Assembly: GCA_965649225.1 (NCBI GenBank)
Contig: CBFGJX010000016.1
Coordinates: 1 to 62,169, forward strand
Source: a candidate division WOR-3 bacterium
GTDB lineage: Bacteria > Hydrothermota > Tepidihabitantia > Tepidihabitantales > Tepidihabitantaceae
Length of the DNA stretch: 62,169 nt
Reading direction: 5' to 3'
Below are positions 61,225-62,169 of this stretch, one piece after another; the stretch's first letter is position 1, and each line of letters starts with the position of its first letter. Under the pieces are notes generated by a model, which was not told where the DNA came from, made no database searches, and saw nothing but the letters and a program-made list of their open reading frames with translations. The translations under genes and the position numbers were made by a program.

Positions 61225-61240
61225 GGCTGCAAAAGGGGGC

Positions 61241-61270
61241 TTGACAAGCGACTTGGGGCGGGGGCATAAT
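61241..61270 (+). promoter_or_regulatory. Sigma70 promoter
   Basis: TTGACA-18-CATAAT. Confidence 0.6.
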
Positions 61271-61417
61271 GGTGCGGGTTGAATGGGTGTGGCAGACCCG
61301 GCAGGGTCGCAATGTGTGACGGAGGTTCAGCCATGGCTGATTCGCAGGTGGTCGTCCGAACCGCAATGGATGTGCCCCGGCGGTTTGAGCCGGCTGATTG
61401 CCGTCAAGGGGGTGGTT

Positions 61418-62054
61418 ATGTCCAAGCAAAATGCAGTGGCTGTGATAGGGCTGGCGCTGGCGGGTTTTGCCGTCGCCGGTTGGGTGAAGTTGGCGCCATT
61501 GCCGGCCGGCAGTGCGGGCCGCGGTGTCGGTGATGGCGGCTGGCTGGCCTGGGACAGTCTGACCGGGCAGCTTTATGCCGCAAAGGGCAGCAAGTGCTGC
61601 GAGTTCCTTTCGTGGGACCCCGCGCACAATGTCTGGCAGAGTCGTACCGATATTCCTTACGGGCCCGAAGCGAAACCGCCGGCCTGCGGCGCGGCCGGTA
61701 CAGCAGGTGGTGGTGGCCAGATTTTTGCGGTGAAGGGCAACAATTCGCTCGGTTTTCACCGTTACAATGCCGCCGGTAACGCCTGGACACAGCTGGCCGA
61801 TGTGCCGCTGGGCAGTCAGGCGAAGCGCTGTAAGGGCGGTACGGACCTGACGTTTGTGCCCGGGCCCAACGGCGGTCAGGTCTTCCTGTTGAAGGGGATG
61901 GTGCGCGATTTCTTCCGGTTCGATGTTGCGACCGGGAGCTGGCGGACCATGGCCGATGCACCGATAGGCAATGCCTACAAGTGGGCAAAAGGGTCTTGGC
62001 TTGCCTATGACGGCAACGGGATGATTTATGCCCACAAGGCCGGGGTACACGAGT
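61418..62054 (+). pseudogene. Secreted Kelch-repeat paralog interrupted by IS3
   Basis: Hand translation MSKQNAVAVIGLALAGFAVAGW...GGWLAWD...KGNNS...GSWLAYDGNGMIYAHKAGVHE parallels the 58952 protein and breaks at the IS end. Confidence 0.8.
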
Positions 62055-62169
62055 TGATCTGTCCCCGATTCGTTGGACACGTTTTCACGCGGCTGCTGTC
62101 TGTTTCTCGAAGTCGTTCGGGCTCATGTAGCCCAAGCTCGAGTGCAGTCGCCGGCTATTGTAGAACAAC
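62055..62169 (-). mobile_element. IS3-family insertion sequence, right end (orfB C-terminus + terminal inverted repeat)
   Basis: Minus strand FYNSRRLHSSLGYMSPNDFEKQTAAA* (stop at 62085-62087); terminus TGATCTGTCCCCGATTCGTTGGACA begins with TG. Confidence 0.88.

Overview
GC-rich bacterial chromosome segment that very probably spans the replication origin. Evidence: dnaA at 31940-33289 with upstream DnaA boxes, an AT-rich tract after the gene, a perfect parS inside hypF, and a C-rich to G-rich strand change judged by eye. Secreted Kelch-repeat and peptidase proteins with short T9SS/FlgD-like C-terminal domains suggest an FCB-related lineage such as candidate phylum WOR-3 (inference only). Core content: tldD (partial), a sigma54 activator, cyclophilin, a histidine ammonia-lyase-family gene, a metY-like/thrC/apgM cluster, a NusG-II/Gx-EcfT/ApbE flavinylation module, five tRNAs, a SurA/PpiD chaperone, a roughly 11-PAS protein, V/A-ATPase subunits C-F-A-B, hypF, a MoxR-DUF58-BatABCDE operon, ribokinase plus an FSA-type aldolase, PrsW, and an IS3 end that interrupts the last gene. 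Best leads: (1) a secreted protein split in the ORF track by an in-frame TGA (C-U-G-D-N-C) and followed directly by an fdhF-like SECIS hairpin, a candidate new selenoprotein; (2) an unannotated ~170-nt RNA bounded by a consensus sigma54 promoter and an intrinsic terminator, directly downstream of a sigma54 activator and an atypical membrane sensor; (3) 69-bp-period repeats of the tRNA-Lys 3' end; (4) an Ala-Cys-Gly MIO triad in the ammonia-lyase; (5) many apparently leaderless genes. All calls come from reading the sequence; no searches were run.
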